Of a stretch of 64,000 nt of DNA, positions 50,319 through 62,759 are shown one piece after another. This DNA comes from Epiperipatus broadwayi (Eukaryota; Animalia; Onychophora): positions 15,686,001 to 15,750,000 of the forward strand of contig JAQFVV010000010.1 in assembly GCA_028023455.1 (NCBI GenBank), read 5' to 3'. Positions within the stretch are counted from its first letter, which is position 1. Each line of letters opens with the position of its first letter. The position numbers and the translations under genes were made by a program. Under the pieces are notes generated by a model that did no database searches, was not told where the DNA came from, and was given only the letters and a program-made list of their open reading frames with translations.

Positions 50319-51384
50319 ATTAATTTTATCAAAAATGAACTTTATATCATTTGAATAATGCTATTAAATTTAGGCAAAAAACTCAATATTTTTTGAAGCA
50401 ACTGCTCAACATTTTTTTAATAATTTGTGAATATGATTTATATTCACATTCTTTATAGCTAGTCTACAAAATTTGTCTTTATTTAATACTAACCAATTTC
50501 CTATCATTAACTAATATTTGTACATAACTTCAATTTTCACTTTATGTTCATTATCACTTTTATTTCCAAAAATCAATAATAGCGTAATGAACCCTCCTAA
50601 GTTCTTGAATTGATTCTCAGCTGCTATTTAGGTGAATATTATGACTTTTCAAACACCTAACTATATTACTGGTTTTTAACAGAAATAAAAATATTAAATA
50701 TAAACATTTTTAATGTAAATAAACTTACATTATTATTTCTGAACATATACTCAATATTAATTGATTATAACAAGTTTTTCCTAAAATCACTTTTCATTTA
50801 ACTTACATAACCTTTTCCAGTAGAGTTTGAAACTAGAGAAAAACAGTATATCTAAGATCATATATTGATAAGAATATTAATATTATTTCATGATCTTATA
50901 ATCTCTGTAAAAAAAAAAAAAAAAGGAATATACTTTCAATTGTTCTATTTATAAAAATTGTTCTCTTATCTTTAGATTTAAGACCTATAATATAAACAAT
51001 CAATGAATATCAGAAGTTACTACAAATATTTACTGTAAGGAAGTACTGTTTGTAGCCATAAGTTATCATTTGTTTTTAGTATACTGTATTTATAAATTAC
51101 TCAATCCCAATATCAATAACAATCAAGGAATATTCACACTAATTACTAGCCTTCTGTAAGGAAGTACTATACATGGCCGTAAGAGATCATGAAAACACAG
51201 TCAACACTTAGATAATCTCAATATCAATAACAATCAGCAATCTCAAACAGCTGTCAAGGCAATCTTCTTTTAACAGTAAAACAAAGCTTCACAATTTTTC
51301 ATTTTCATCAATTTTTCTTTTTTCTACCTTTTGCTTTAAGATATTTTTTAACATTATCTGAAAATTTCTTCTAATAACATATAA

Positions 51385-51685
51385 ACATCACATGATCACC
51401 ATTTCTTATGCTTGCTTATAATTGTTATTAAAACAGGCAAAAACTCTCTATGCGTATAGCCACTTAATGCAAGCCAGAGTAATCAATGGATGCCAGTAAG
51501 CTTGTGCATAAAATCCAAGGCTCCTCACTGATGAAGGCCACAAGCCAAAAACTAGTCTGAGGATATTGGATGAGTAGGCACTAGATGTGAATTTTATGCA
51601 CAAGCCTTCTGGCATCCATTTATTACTCTGGCTTGCACTAAGTAGCAATACATATAGAGTTTTGCCTGTTTTAATAACTAATAAC
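51385..51685. mobile_element. Family A foldback with central hammerhead (GAAA mutated to AAAA)
   Basis: ctcctcaCTGATGA-aggccacaagcca-AAAA-ctag-TC-tgagga at 51521-51565; inverted arms. Confidence 0.8.
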
Positions 51686-52423
51686 AAGTTTAATGCATGG
51701 TAAAATGGCAAGCTCGAATTTAAAGGTTCCTGCTTTCTTATATTATTATAATGATATGCATGCTTTATGTTGAATAATGATATTCATGCTAGTACATTCT
51801 GTACATTGCAATAGAAAATCCTGGCATATGATTAGTTAGTTGCTTCTTAATACATATTTATATAAGAATGTTCTATGTGCTTATATATTTATGCATGCAC
51901 TTAAAGGGACACAAATGTATTGTTGTTATGAATAATGATATTAACTGTCATAGTTTCATCCACTTAATTATATTTAAATATTTGACTTGTATTGATGTAT
52001 TCTACATGCATATTTTATATTTGCTTCTTTATAGTGAACTTGAAAGAATATTACAATAATAACTTCTAATATTATTGTTAGCAATAAAGTTGCTTTACTG
52101 AAGTCAACACATATAATATAGCAAAATGTTTTGGTCATGAGTTTCAAGTTTGTCTAAAGATCTCATTTTCAGGTTTTTATATTTAAATTAAATAATTTTG
52201 TGTACTCTCATGTACATAATACATTAAAATGTAATAAATATATTACAGAGTTCAAATAAAATTGAATAATATTGCCATTACAGAAATTAAATTATATAAT
52301 TAGAAAATTAATGTCAAATATACAGTTTATGGAAATAGTTAATAGAATCATAGGTCAGTTATATAATTAACAACTATAATTTTTTTGTCTTATAATTTGT
52401 GGGTATATTTACACTGATTTTGG

Positions 52424-52827
52424 CTTCCCATTCATTATAAATTTATTTAAACGCACATTGATTACGTAAGTAATATTTACTAAGGCTGTAACCTCAAGAA
52501 TATGCGTGTAAAAATGAGATAATAGGGACCTCTACAGGTCTTAACCACAAGCTTATGCTTTGGAAGAAAAGAGGGGAACCCTACTTTACTTCAACCTACT
52601 TTCTATTTAAATAGTGAAGTATTGAATAGCTTCATGTGCTCAGATCTAATCGCTTCAGCTTCACCTATTTAAATAAAGTAGGTTGAAGTAAAGAAGGGTT
52701 CCTCTCTTTTCTTCCAAAGGGTAAGCTTGTGGTTAAGACCTGTAGATGTCCCTATTATCGCATTTTTACATGCATATTCTTGAAGTTACAGCCTTAGTAA
52801 ATATTACTTCCCATTCATTATAAAATT
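52424..52827. mobile_element. Complete family D palindrome (~340 bp) with a 21-bp flanking direct repeat
   Basis: Arms 52466-~52615 and ~52660-52808; cttcccattcattataaaatt at 52424-52444 and 52807-52827, with ~20 bp filler on the left. Confidence 0.85.
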
Positions 52828-54550
52828 GGATTTTGTTTTATAATTTGTTGAGTTTTTGTATTACTTCTATTCATTAATAAATTGTTACTTTGGTGCTATA
52901 ATGTGATAAGCAAACTATTTATTTATTTTAGTCGTTAGTTTATTATTTTGTTTATGTGTCACTTAAGGAATATATATTACATAGTTAGTTGTGTAATCCA
53001 TTTTTAATGAGAAATGTACTTGTAGTGGTTTCACTTTTCATCACTATTTTATTTCTGATGACATCAGTATTTACGTATCAGATCTCTTACCATTATAGTT
53101 TATATATGTTAAATGGAAAAATAGTTTTTTTTCTTCCCCTCTCTTTTTTTTTAGCATTTTATTGTAAAAAAATATCAGACAAGTATTGTAATTAACTATT
53201 ACCTTAAACCACCCACCCCCCCCCCCCCCCCCCCTCCACCTTATACACTAATTCTCAAATACCCACCTCCACTCACACCGAATCCCACCATATATATCCA
53301 AATTGTTAAAGTTTTTTTTTTCTTCCTTAACATTTTAAAGGACTTTATTAAATTAGTTCCCTTTTTTTTTTTTCCTTATATAAAACATCCTTACTGAACA
53401 AGTCTTTTGGTTACACAAATATGCTCAGTCAATAAATAAAACAGAGGCCCAGAAAGTTTTGTTCATTAAAGATTAATAAGAAAATTCTTATTAATACTAT
53501 TCAGAATTTTTTGTATTTTTTTAATTAGGCAGATATTATGCATTAATTCACTATATTGTGGGAATTCACATTCAGCATGCACTAAAGATTGCATAAAATA
53601 AAGAAAATAAACTTTCTCAAATTGTCATAAAGTTATATTTTTTCACTTCACAATTTTATATCCAAAGCAGAACCAAATTCAATGCATAACTGTCACCGCT
53701 TCTAATTTGTTATGAGCATGTATGTAATTTAATACATTCTTTTAACTTACTGATAGTTTATACTGAACTTATACTGAATAGAATAGCAGAGAATTTACAA
53801 ATATAATTTTAAAAAATCAGGATTTTGTAATTAAACTCTCTTGATTAATCAAACATTCACTTTTTGGGGTAACAAGTAAGAGAAATTAAATTTTTCCATG
53901 TTTTCCTTTGCCTTTTCCATTTTTTGCATTATAAACCACCATCTCAATATATAACATAAAAGATAACAGCTCTAATAAACATTCAGTGCTGAAACCCCTT
54001 CTTTCTCCACAAATCTTAAAACTATTACAAATTGAATGGTATAGTGCAATGGTAGAATGGTAGATCCAGATTCCGTTTGTACCTTACTTATGGTGCTTGA
54101 ATTTCTTGCCAATTCCTGAACAATAAAATCATTTAATTATTATTAACATATATATAAGTTTCTCCAAAGAATACAGACATACATATGTGAATACTAAACA
54201 TATAAACACTATATTCTGATTAATACATTAATATTAAAATAAATCATGACATTTATACTTTTGTAATACCATTTAATTAAAAACATCTAATAGTACTATG
54301 ACTTCCAAATATAAGGTAAAACCATAAATAATCAATAAACAATGTCTGACCAGATTAAATAATGATTCTGATATAGTCTTTTCTAACTTTTTCCTTAAAA
54401 ATTCTCTCCATTTTTTTTTTTCAATATTTTACTAATTTCTGTTATTTAGTTTAGTATAGTATAGAGTCCAATTGTCATGAACATCTAATAATATCAGTAA
54501 ATGTGACAATGAGACTGTGAGTCTATGAAACCATATTTTATTCCTTTAAT

Positions 54551-56670
54551 TCATCATCATCAACCATTATCAATCCACTGCAGGATGAAGGTCTCTCCAA
54601 GTTTAATCCATCTTCTCTGATCTTTAGCTTCTCTTCTCCACAACACCCCTGCACATTTTCTTATTTCATCCATCCATCTCACATGTGGTCTCTTTCTGGG
54701 TCTTTTACAATCTCTTGGAATCCAGTTGAAAATTTCAATTGTCCATCTATTATCATCTCTTCTAGCAATATGTCCAGCCCAACTCCATTTCAATCTTTTA
54801 ATTTTTTCAATAAGTTCAGTAACACCTGTTTGTTATCTCACCCATACATTGCGTTTTCGATCCCTTCTTGTTACTCCCAACATACATCTCTCCATACTCC
54901 TTTGAGTGGTCTGAAGTCTCTGTATTGCTCTTCTATTAAGTGTGCAAGTCTCAGATCCATAAGTAAGAACTGGTAAAACATTCTTTTCAAACACATAGGC
55001 ATATTTCCTTTTAATATTACCGAAAGCACTCCAACCAAGTTTAATTCTACGATTAATTTCCTCCATTATGTTTCCATTTGTATTAATAATCTGACCAAGG
55101 TATTTGTAACTGTTAACTTCTTCTAATTCTTCATAATCAATCTTTATTGTCATATTTTGAGCAAATCGATTAAACATTACTTTAGTCTTTTTAACATTTA
55201 TCTTTAGTCCTACTTTTTTACTTTCATCTGCTAACTCCTGCAACATTTCCTGCAGCTCTGAAGCATTATTTGCAAAAACAACTACATCATCTGCGAAATC
55301 TAAATGACTTAAATACTCTCCATTTACTTTCATTCCTTTAGTTTCCCATTTTAATCCACAAAATACTTCTTGCAGCACTGCTGTAAAGAGTTTTGGAGAT
55401 ATGGAGTCACCTTGTTTTACACCTTTCTCAATGTTGATTTTTCCAGTATCATAATGTAATCTAATTGTTGCTGTTGCATTTTTATAAATATTCTTTAAAA
55501 TATGACAATATCCTGGATCTATACCTTGATGATCCAATGCTTTAATCACTGAAGAAATGTGTATAGAATCAAATGCCTTTTCATAATCTACAAATCCAAA
55601 ACATAAAGACAACTCATATTCGTTTGTCCTTTCTATGATTTCTCTCAATACCTGGATATGATCTATTGTACTAAAACCACTTTTAAATCCAGCTTGTTCT
55701 CTTGGTTGGTGGAAATCCAAAGTTCTCTGTTGACGAGTTGTAATTATATTGGTAAAAATTTTATATAAAACTGATAAAAGGCTGATAGGTCTGTAATTTC
55801 TAATATCTTCCTTATCACCTTTTTTAAATATTAATATTATTACTGCATTCTTCCAATCTTCCGGTACATCTTTATCATTTAGACATTTGGTATATAACTT
55901 TGCTAAAATTGTTTCTATTTCTTCACCTGCTTCTTTTAATATATCAATTATAATTCCATCATTTCCTGAAGCCTTTCCTTTCTTCATACATTTAATTGCA
56001 TGTCTCACTTCTTCATTTAAAATTCTGGGCAATTTGGAAGATGTAATAGATATAGAAGGTACTTGTTCTTTATTATTATATAATTCTTGATAAAAATCTT
56101 CTACCAATTTCATGATGTCATCTCTCTTTTTAGTAATAATTCCATCTTTTTTTCTTATTGCAGATATAAATTTCCTACCAAAACCAAAATGTTGTTTAAC
56201 ATTCTTGAGACTTTTATTTTCTTCTACAGCTTTCCTTGCTATTTCACAGTTATACTTTCTTATACCATTTTCAACTCTTTTCCGTACCATTTTACAAAAT
56301 TCAAGATATTCAATTCTTTTTAATACATCATTTTTGTATATCTTGCATATTCCTTCTTTTCTTCATAAATTCTCTAGTCTCAGTAGAAATTTTATTAGTC
56401 AATTGCTGCTTTTTTCTACCAGCTATCTTTGTTGCAGTTTTTAAAAGTGTATCAGTTATTTTCATATTAATTTCATTCAAATCTGAATCATGTTCAAAAT
56501 CTCCTAACACTTGAAACCTATTTGTAAGTTCTGATTTAAATTCATTAGAATGTTTTCTTTAATTACTTACACAGTAATACTGATCCCAATATTTTCTTTA
56601 GCTTTTTTGTAACATTTTATTCTCTGTCTTTTTTGCTATCTTTATTTTTTCTTCCAACATTATAATTGCC
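54551..56670 (-). mobile_element. RTE-clade LINE, 5'-truncated, best-preserved copy
   Basis: 485-aa ORF 54833-56290 with 'KASGNDGI', 'NYRPISLLS', 'YEKAFDS', 'KQGDSISP', 'FADD'; C-terminus 'KWSWAGHIARR' (54560-54793); (GAT)n tail. Confidence 0.95.
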
Positions 56671-57117
56671 ATATATATATATTTTACAAGTGATTGATAA
56701 AGAATGAATATCTTCTATTTATATATACATTTCTTAATAGTCATTTATTTTTTCATTATATTAATTTCTTTTCTATACAAAATCTTCAGCAAAATATTCC
56801 AATTCCTTCTATCAAATGTTTTTCCAAGTTCAGTAAAAATATATATATATATTAAACTTCTTTTCTCACCATTCTCATTATATCTCTTGTTTTACCCTAT
56901 TTATTATAAATTCAAACTTCTAATTGTATAAGATTCAAAATTCTCACATCTAAGTATTATAGATCAATTCTCTTACAGGTTCCCAACAGGTGAAAGAAAA
57001 TCTACTAGCAAGTTATAAGTTACATTATGAATATTAACTAAGTCTCATCTATTTTTAGAACTTTTTCCAATCTTCGATATTTATAACTCTTTCTTCGTTA
57101 TTATACAAACAATTTCA

Positions 57118-57422
57118 TATTTCTGTATTGTAATTTTTATTACACCACTCTCACGCAAAGTAGGTACTAATTTCTATCCACTTTTAACACCTTGTGGAGG
57201 GATATAATCATAAACATATAACCAAAGACATGAAAAAGATGTATGATCCCCACGATGCACATTTTGTGATGAACCAGCACTCATCAGTTGACCCAGACTA
57301 CAATCTCTTACACATTTCTTTGATCATATGTTTACGATTATATCCCTCCACAAGGTTTAAAAATGGATAACCAATCACTATCTTGCATCAGTGGTGCAAT
57401 GAAAATTACACACAGAAATATT
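57118..57422. mobile_element. Family C foldback with a degenerate hammerhead on the minus strand
   Basis: Inverted arms; the minus strand reads gtcaaCTGATGA-gtgctggttcatcac-AAAA-tgtgca-TC at ~57250-57292. Confidence 0.7.
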
Positions 57423-57539
57423 ATTCATTATTGGATAATCTCTATTCTAATGAATGACTAATCAAAATTATTAATTTCATCCTTCTCTATTTTTATTTTT
57501 CAATCATCAGAGATGAAGGCAACTAGAAAACATATAAAT

Positions 57540-58960
57540 CACATATATTTTTCTCAGTAAAATCAATTTATTTGCCAATAACTTACTATCTGTTGGTCCA
57601 ATTATGAAATTTCAATTCTATGACCCTACTTTTCCCAATTAAATTGCTGTTTCTACTATATTAATCAAAACTATCTTTCCTTGGAGTTTTATCTATTTCA
57701 TCAATCAATAAATTAAATAATATGGTCATAGCCATTTTGAACTAAGAAGCAAAACATTGTGCTTGTCATGAACAGTATATAGCTTTGAAAAGTAATAATT
57801 ACAATAATAAACAGCAAAAAAAAAAAAAAAGTCAAAGTAATGTACAATAGCAAGTTTCATAGCTTCAGGATAAATATATTTCAATACTCTAGAAAGCTTA
57901 GATATAAACAGTAAAAATAGAGAATTTCAATGAAGATAGTGTTGACATTGATTCTAATTTGAATGACCAAGTATTAATTATATCTTATTGACATAAAAAA
58001 AATCACTAACATTTATGATGTAGCTCTAGTAAAATGTGTTAATGAACAAAAAAAAAAAAAAACAATGGTAAACTAATACTGACAATGCAATTTAATGCAT
58101 GATAGAAGGATAGACTCAAATTTGATTCTTAGGTAAATAGTTTTTTTCATAAAAGTTAAATTTGGACAAATAAATGAATTATTGCAATCAACCTCCATTT
58201 GAGTAATCTAATAATCCGAACAACTAAGTATATGAATTATTCTATCAATAGATGGAAACACTTTATTATCTAGTTACTCGTCACATCAATATTTTCCTGA
58301 GCAGATAATTTACTTCTTTCATCCAATTGGACATTTATATTTTGTTCATTTTCTTCTTCTACGATTTGATTAATCATCTTATTACTTTTTAGATAATTTT
58401 TTTTTAACCCTCTAAAGAACTTCTGTTAATAACTAGGTTTTTAAATTTCTTTTTAAGAACCATTCGTTTATTATTAGGCTTTCTACTTCTACACTTACTT
58501 TCACATTCAATAATTTAAATTTATTTCGCATTATCCCTTAATCCATTTTTTTTGTCCAATCTTATTAATTCGATTCTTATTTTTGATCCGAACTATATTT
58601 TTCACGATAGGTACAGTTGATATTTTCTAAAATCAACTTTTAATCCATACGTAATCGATCAGAAATATTACAACTTGTGGAGTTTTTCTATTTTTTAATT
58701 ACTGTACATATTTATTATTACCCAATTCACCACGGTATTTTTCTTATAAATTTATAGGATTTGTTGTTCATTCAAATAATTTGTATTTAAAAAATTATTT
58801 TAATTTATCGCGTAGTATACATTTCCCTCTAGCTGAATCTTTTTCAAGGACAGGATACGGAAATATTACGTGCTCAAAGGATGCTGGAAAATTTGCAATA
58901 AGTCCAGTCAAAGTTGAGACTGTTTTTCTAATAAAAGCCAAAACTCAACATGCAATATGT
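57540..58960 (-). mobile_element. Highly degenerate LINE remnant (clade uncertain)
   Basis: 'ILFNLLIDEI' (RT motif B'), 'SILLSCIKL', and a frameshifted 'ISKAF'. Confidence 0.5.
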
Positions 58961-59299
58961 AATTTTCAATTATAAAAAAAAAAAATCATGAAAAAATCTT
59001 GGATGAGAAAAGATTAGTTTATAAAAACTAAATAAAATATATTTAATTATTTGCAACAAATACTTTATCACTAATACTAGAAAATAGTTATACAGTATTT
59101 TTAACATAAAATAGCAGTATAAATATCTATTAAAAGAACATAACAAATTGATTTAAAGTGTTATTCTTACCCTATTTATTTCAAAAATTTCATTATCATT
59201 TTTGTAACTTGTTTTATCTCTAAAGAATAAATGCGAGATTATTAAGAAATTGTACTTGGAAAATATATATATCTACATTTATTAAATAATTCCAGGTGG

Positions 59300-59900
59300 C
59301 GCGATAAAACCGATTTCCTGTTGTTCAGAATATATAATAAGAAAAGAGTTGACGAACATGATTCTATTACAAATAAGAAAAAGATATTTTTGTACAATGA
59401 CATGCAGCGAATATGTATTATATTGTGTATATGAATAAAGTTTTTGAACGTTGGAATAAATGGATTGCTATGTATATATGTACAAGAAGGAAAATAAAAC
59501 TTTACTTGGACTAAAAGAATTTATAAGAATAAGGTGTTAAAAGATAATTATAGGAGATTTTAACAGTATATAAAAAATTACAGTAAAAAAAATGAAAATG
59601 AGAAACTTATAAATTTATTTTGAAGACAAGGAATTAAAAGATAATTTATAAAATATGTTGGAGAATTTATATAGTAAGACATATTAGAAATATATTGTAG
59701 ATAATATATAAATGTTTTGATGAGAAGGAAAATGCAGATCAAAAGGATCATAACTTGATATTAATGAAATTAGGAAATAAAACCAAATAAAATTAAAAAT
59801 TGTTAAGATATATGGTTTTGAAAAGGGGATAAAATTAAATGTTATGAAAGATTGATATAATTAAGTCAAATAAGCGGCTGTTAAATATCTAATCGAAAAT
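59300..59900 (+). mobile_element. Degenerate LINE endonuclease remnant
   Basis: 'IIGDFNSI' at ~59545-59570 in A-rich decayed coding-like DNA. Confidence 0.45.
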
Positions 59901-60779
59901 AAATTAATAGGCATTTTACAAAATATAATCTATAAAAAGAAATGCAAATAGACAAGACAAAAAAGCAACAAAGAAAAACTAAATACAGACAACAAATGAA
60001 AAATTTACTTATTTAAAAAAAAAAAAAAAACTGCTAAAAGTAAAGGCAAGAAGAAGAAAAAGTTTGTTAAGAGTGTTCTGTTTTATGAAAAGACCCAGAG
60101 AACATTTACACAAGGAACTTGTTTCTCCATTGTTCTGTTTGTTATCTGATTTTTTAATTTTGTGCAATTTATTCCATTCTTTATATTATCCAATGAAATC
60201 AATCTCTTTATATCTTTCTTTCATTACCATCTACTACTTCCCTAAAATATCTCATTAAATAATTATCTCTTCTCAATATATGTGTAATCCAGTTTCTCTT
60301 TCTATATTTAACTTTCCATTTAGTCTTTTCTTTATTCACTTTCACCAAAACTTTTGCATTTATCATGGTATTTATCTAACTAATTTCCATTTTTCTTTAT
60401 ATTTATATCTCAAAAACATCTGGTTTACCATTAATTTTCTTATTCAATGTCCACACATAGCATGTAATCAACCTTTTTCTTTTTTAAAAAAGATCCACAA
60501 AATATTTTCTTTTACTAGATAAATGCTTTCTTAAAAGAATTATTATTCTTTTAATTTTGTTTTCATTTCTTTCATTTTTTCTCAAACAATTTTCAAAACA
60601 TTTAAATCCCTTTGCCAGTTGAACCATTTTATTTTAAAGATTTGTGTATATTTCTTCTGCAATGTCTTAGTCTTATTTACATTAAGTTCAGGCCCATATG
60701 ATTTTTTCAGTTGGAGAGATAACGTTAAAGACATGTAGATGTCTAAAAGTTTCAGATCTTCTTCTAACAATTAACTTTT

Positions 60780-61030
60780 AGATAAATGCTTTGCTTGAGT
60801 TGGTTTTTTAAATCTAATGCCCCAACTCCTCACTGAAGAGACCCATAGGTTGAAACCGGTCTGGGGATGGGGACAATCCAAGATAAAAATGATTTGAATG
60901 CCTTCGCTTGTAGTAGCATTTATCATAAATAAAATAATAAAAAAAAGCTTGTTTAGAGCTCATTAGCATGCTCTTAATTTTACATATTTGTAAGTGCAAG
61001 CTATATATAAGTCATGTGACATCTGACTTT
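60780..61030 (+). ncRNA. Family B pLTR-like repeat with a canonical minimal type I hammerhead
   Basis: tcctca-CTGAAGA(60833)-gacc cata ggtt-GAAA(60852)-ccgg-TC(60861)-tgggga; stems I and II pair, and stem III is the palindrome ACCGGT. Confidence 0.8.
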
Positions 61031-61124
61031 TTATTATTAATCCTCATATTCAATATATCATCTATTCTACTCAACTTAACTGGAAATTCCTTTAATTCTC
61101 AATTAGAAGAGATATATCATCCAT

Positions 61125-61470
61125 GGATCTTAAAGGTATACAGAGGCAAAACTCTCCATACAATAGCGCCATTCAGTACAAGCCAAAGAAATCAATGAAT
61201 TCAGGAAGGTTTGTGCATAAAATCCTTATCTAGTGTTATTCATCCAATATCCTCAGACTAGTTTCTAGCTTGTAGCCTTCATCAGTGAGAAGCTTTGGAT
61301 CTGAGAGCACTGCACCTAGGTCTCAGGATCTAGTAAGCATTATGAACAAACCTTCCTGCATTCATTGATTATTCTGGCTTGCACTGAGTAGCACTATTGT
61401 ATGGAGAGTTTTACCTCCATGTAAGCAGCTTGTGTAAGCATAATGAATGGTGATCATGTGATGTTTAGGG
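61125..61470 (-). mobile_element. Family A foldback with an intact hammerhead core on the minus strand
   Basis: ttctca-CTGATGA(61285-61279)-aggctacaagcta-GAAA-ctag-TC(61256)-tgagga; stem III palindrome ACTAGT; inverted arms. Confidence 0.8.
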
Positions 61471-61569
61471 ATCTTAAAGGTCATAGCATTCTTCATTTAA
61501 TATTAGTTCCTTCATAATTCAATTATTTAACTATCATGTGTTTTAAATAAAAATTAAAAAGCATAAGTG

Positions 61570-62200
61570 AAATACAATATCTTGCCTAACATCTCTTTTT
61601 ACATTCACTTCCTCCAATATAATCCATAGCTTTTGTCAAAGTATACATATTCCAAATCAAATCTCTTTCTTTTCAATACACATTCTTATTCTTCAAAATA
61701 TTCTTAAGCCTGTTCCATGTTATTCTGTCAAATGCTTTATCTAAATTCATAATATATATCCCAGTGCAATCATTGTAACAACTCTAATAACAAACTCTCT
61801 TTTCCCAAAAGCATTTTGTTCTTCTCCAATATAATATTTTACCTTCCTATATATTTTTTGAGTTAAAATTCTTAATATTTTCTAAGCAAATAATATCAAG
61901 CTTGTTATTTTATATTCTTTATGTCTAATGGCTTACTTCATCTTACCATACTTAGGGCAATTTTCACTATTATATACCAAATTACATAATCCAAAATTTA
62001 TTCAACTATAAACTCACCCAATTCTTTTTAACTTTTCTATAGGCAATATGTTAATTCCAGCAGCTTTAGCATTTTTTATTTATTTTTAATTACCTTAAAC
62101 ACTTCCCTCATCCCCTACTCCCACTCAATATATCCATATCTTTCCCATTTTGAATTTATTTATTGAAATATTTTGAAATAGATTTGTCTATATTTTAAGC
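61570..62200 (-). mobile_element. Degenerate LINE RT remnant
   Basis: 'KNAKAAGINILPIEK' and 'MNLDKAFDRITW'. Confidence 0.6.
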
Positions 62201-62759
62201 AATAAGTTTTATCTAAAATTTTAAATATTAAAATCAAAACAATTTTAGACATTTCATTCAAATACGTATAAACTGCTATTTCAAATTTCAATAAAACTTT
62301 AAAAAAAATATGATACCGGGATACACATTTTCAAATAGCTTCCAAAATTTAAAAACAAATTAGGCAATAAACATTACAAATATTTAAAAATGTCTCAGGG
62401 TGGGCTTACCTAAAATAATTTTGAGCAATTAGTAAAACATTTAGTCTTAAAACATTTTAAAAGTGAAAAGATTTAAAAGAATAATATCCTTTAAATTTTG
62501 AATTTTAGCATTGCTATATATGTGGAAAAAAAAAACATATTTGAAAAAAACATAAAAAGTGTGTGATTATTAAAATATATAAAAAATAAGTAATTGATAT
62601 ATTCTTTAAAAAAGTATATACTTCATAATGAGAAATATATATATATAATATTTAATTAATAAATAATTAAATAAAGTAGAAAAACTAACTCAAGAAAAGT
62701 TTAATTAAAAAAGTAATTTAATTACATTGAAGCACAGTAATTTAAGAACGTTAATTAGA

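Noticed and set aside
53205-53240. Poly-C run (possible G-quadruplex on the minus strand)
   Set aside because: A simple homopolymer with no further evidence of function; its length may be a sequencing artefact.
54683-56931. Plus-strand ORFs of 60-110 aa
   Set aside because: These are antisense shadows of the RTE ORF; the same applies to 12746-13128 and 39115-39417.
58278-58531. Two-exon plus-looking gene start on the minus strand (MRNKFKLLNVK|KFFRGLKKNYLKSNKMINQIVEEE..., 76-bp GT-AG intron)
   Set aside because: It lies within a decayed LINE (RT motifs follow directly downstream), and no in-frame third exon could be found nearby.
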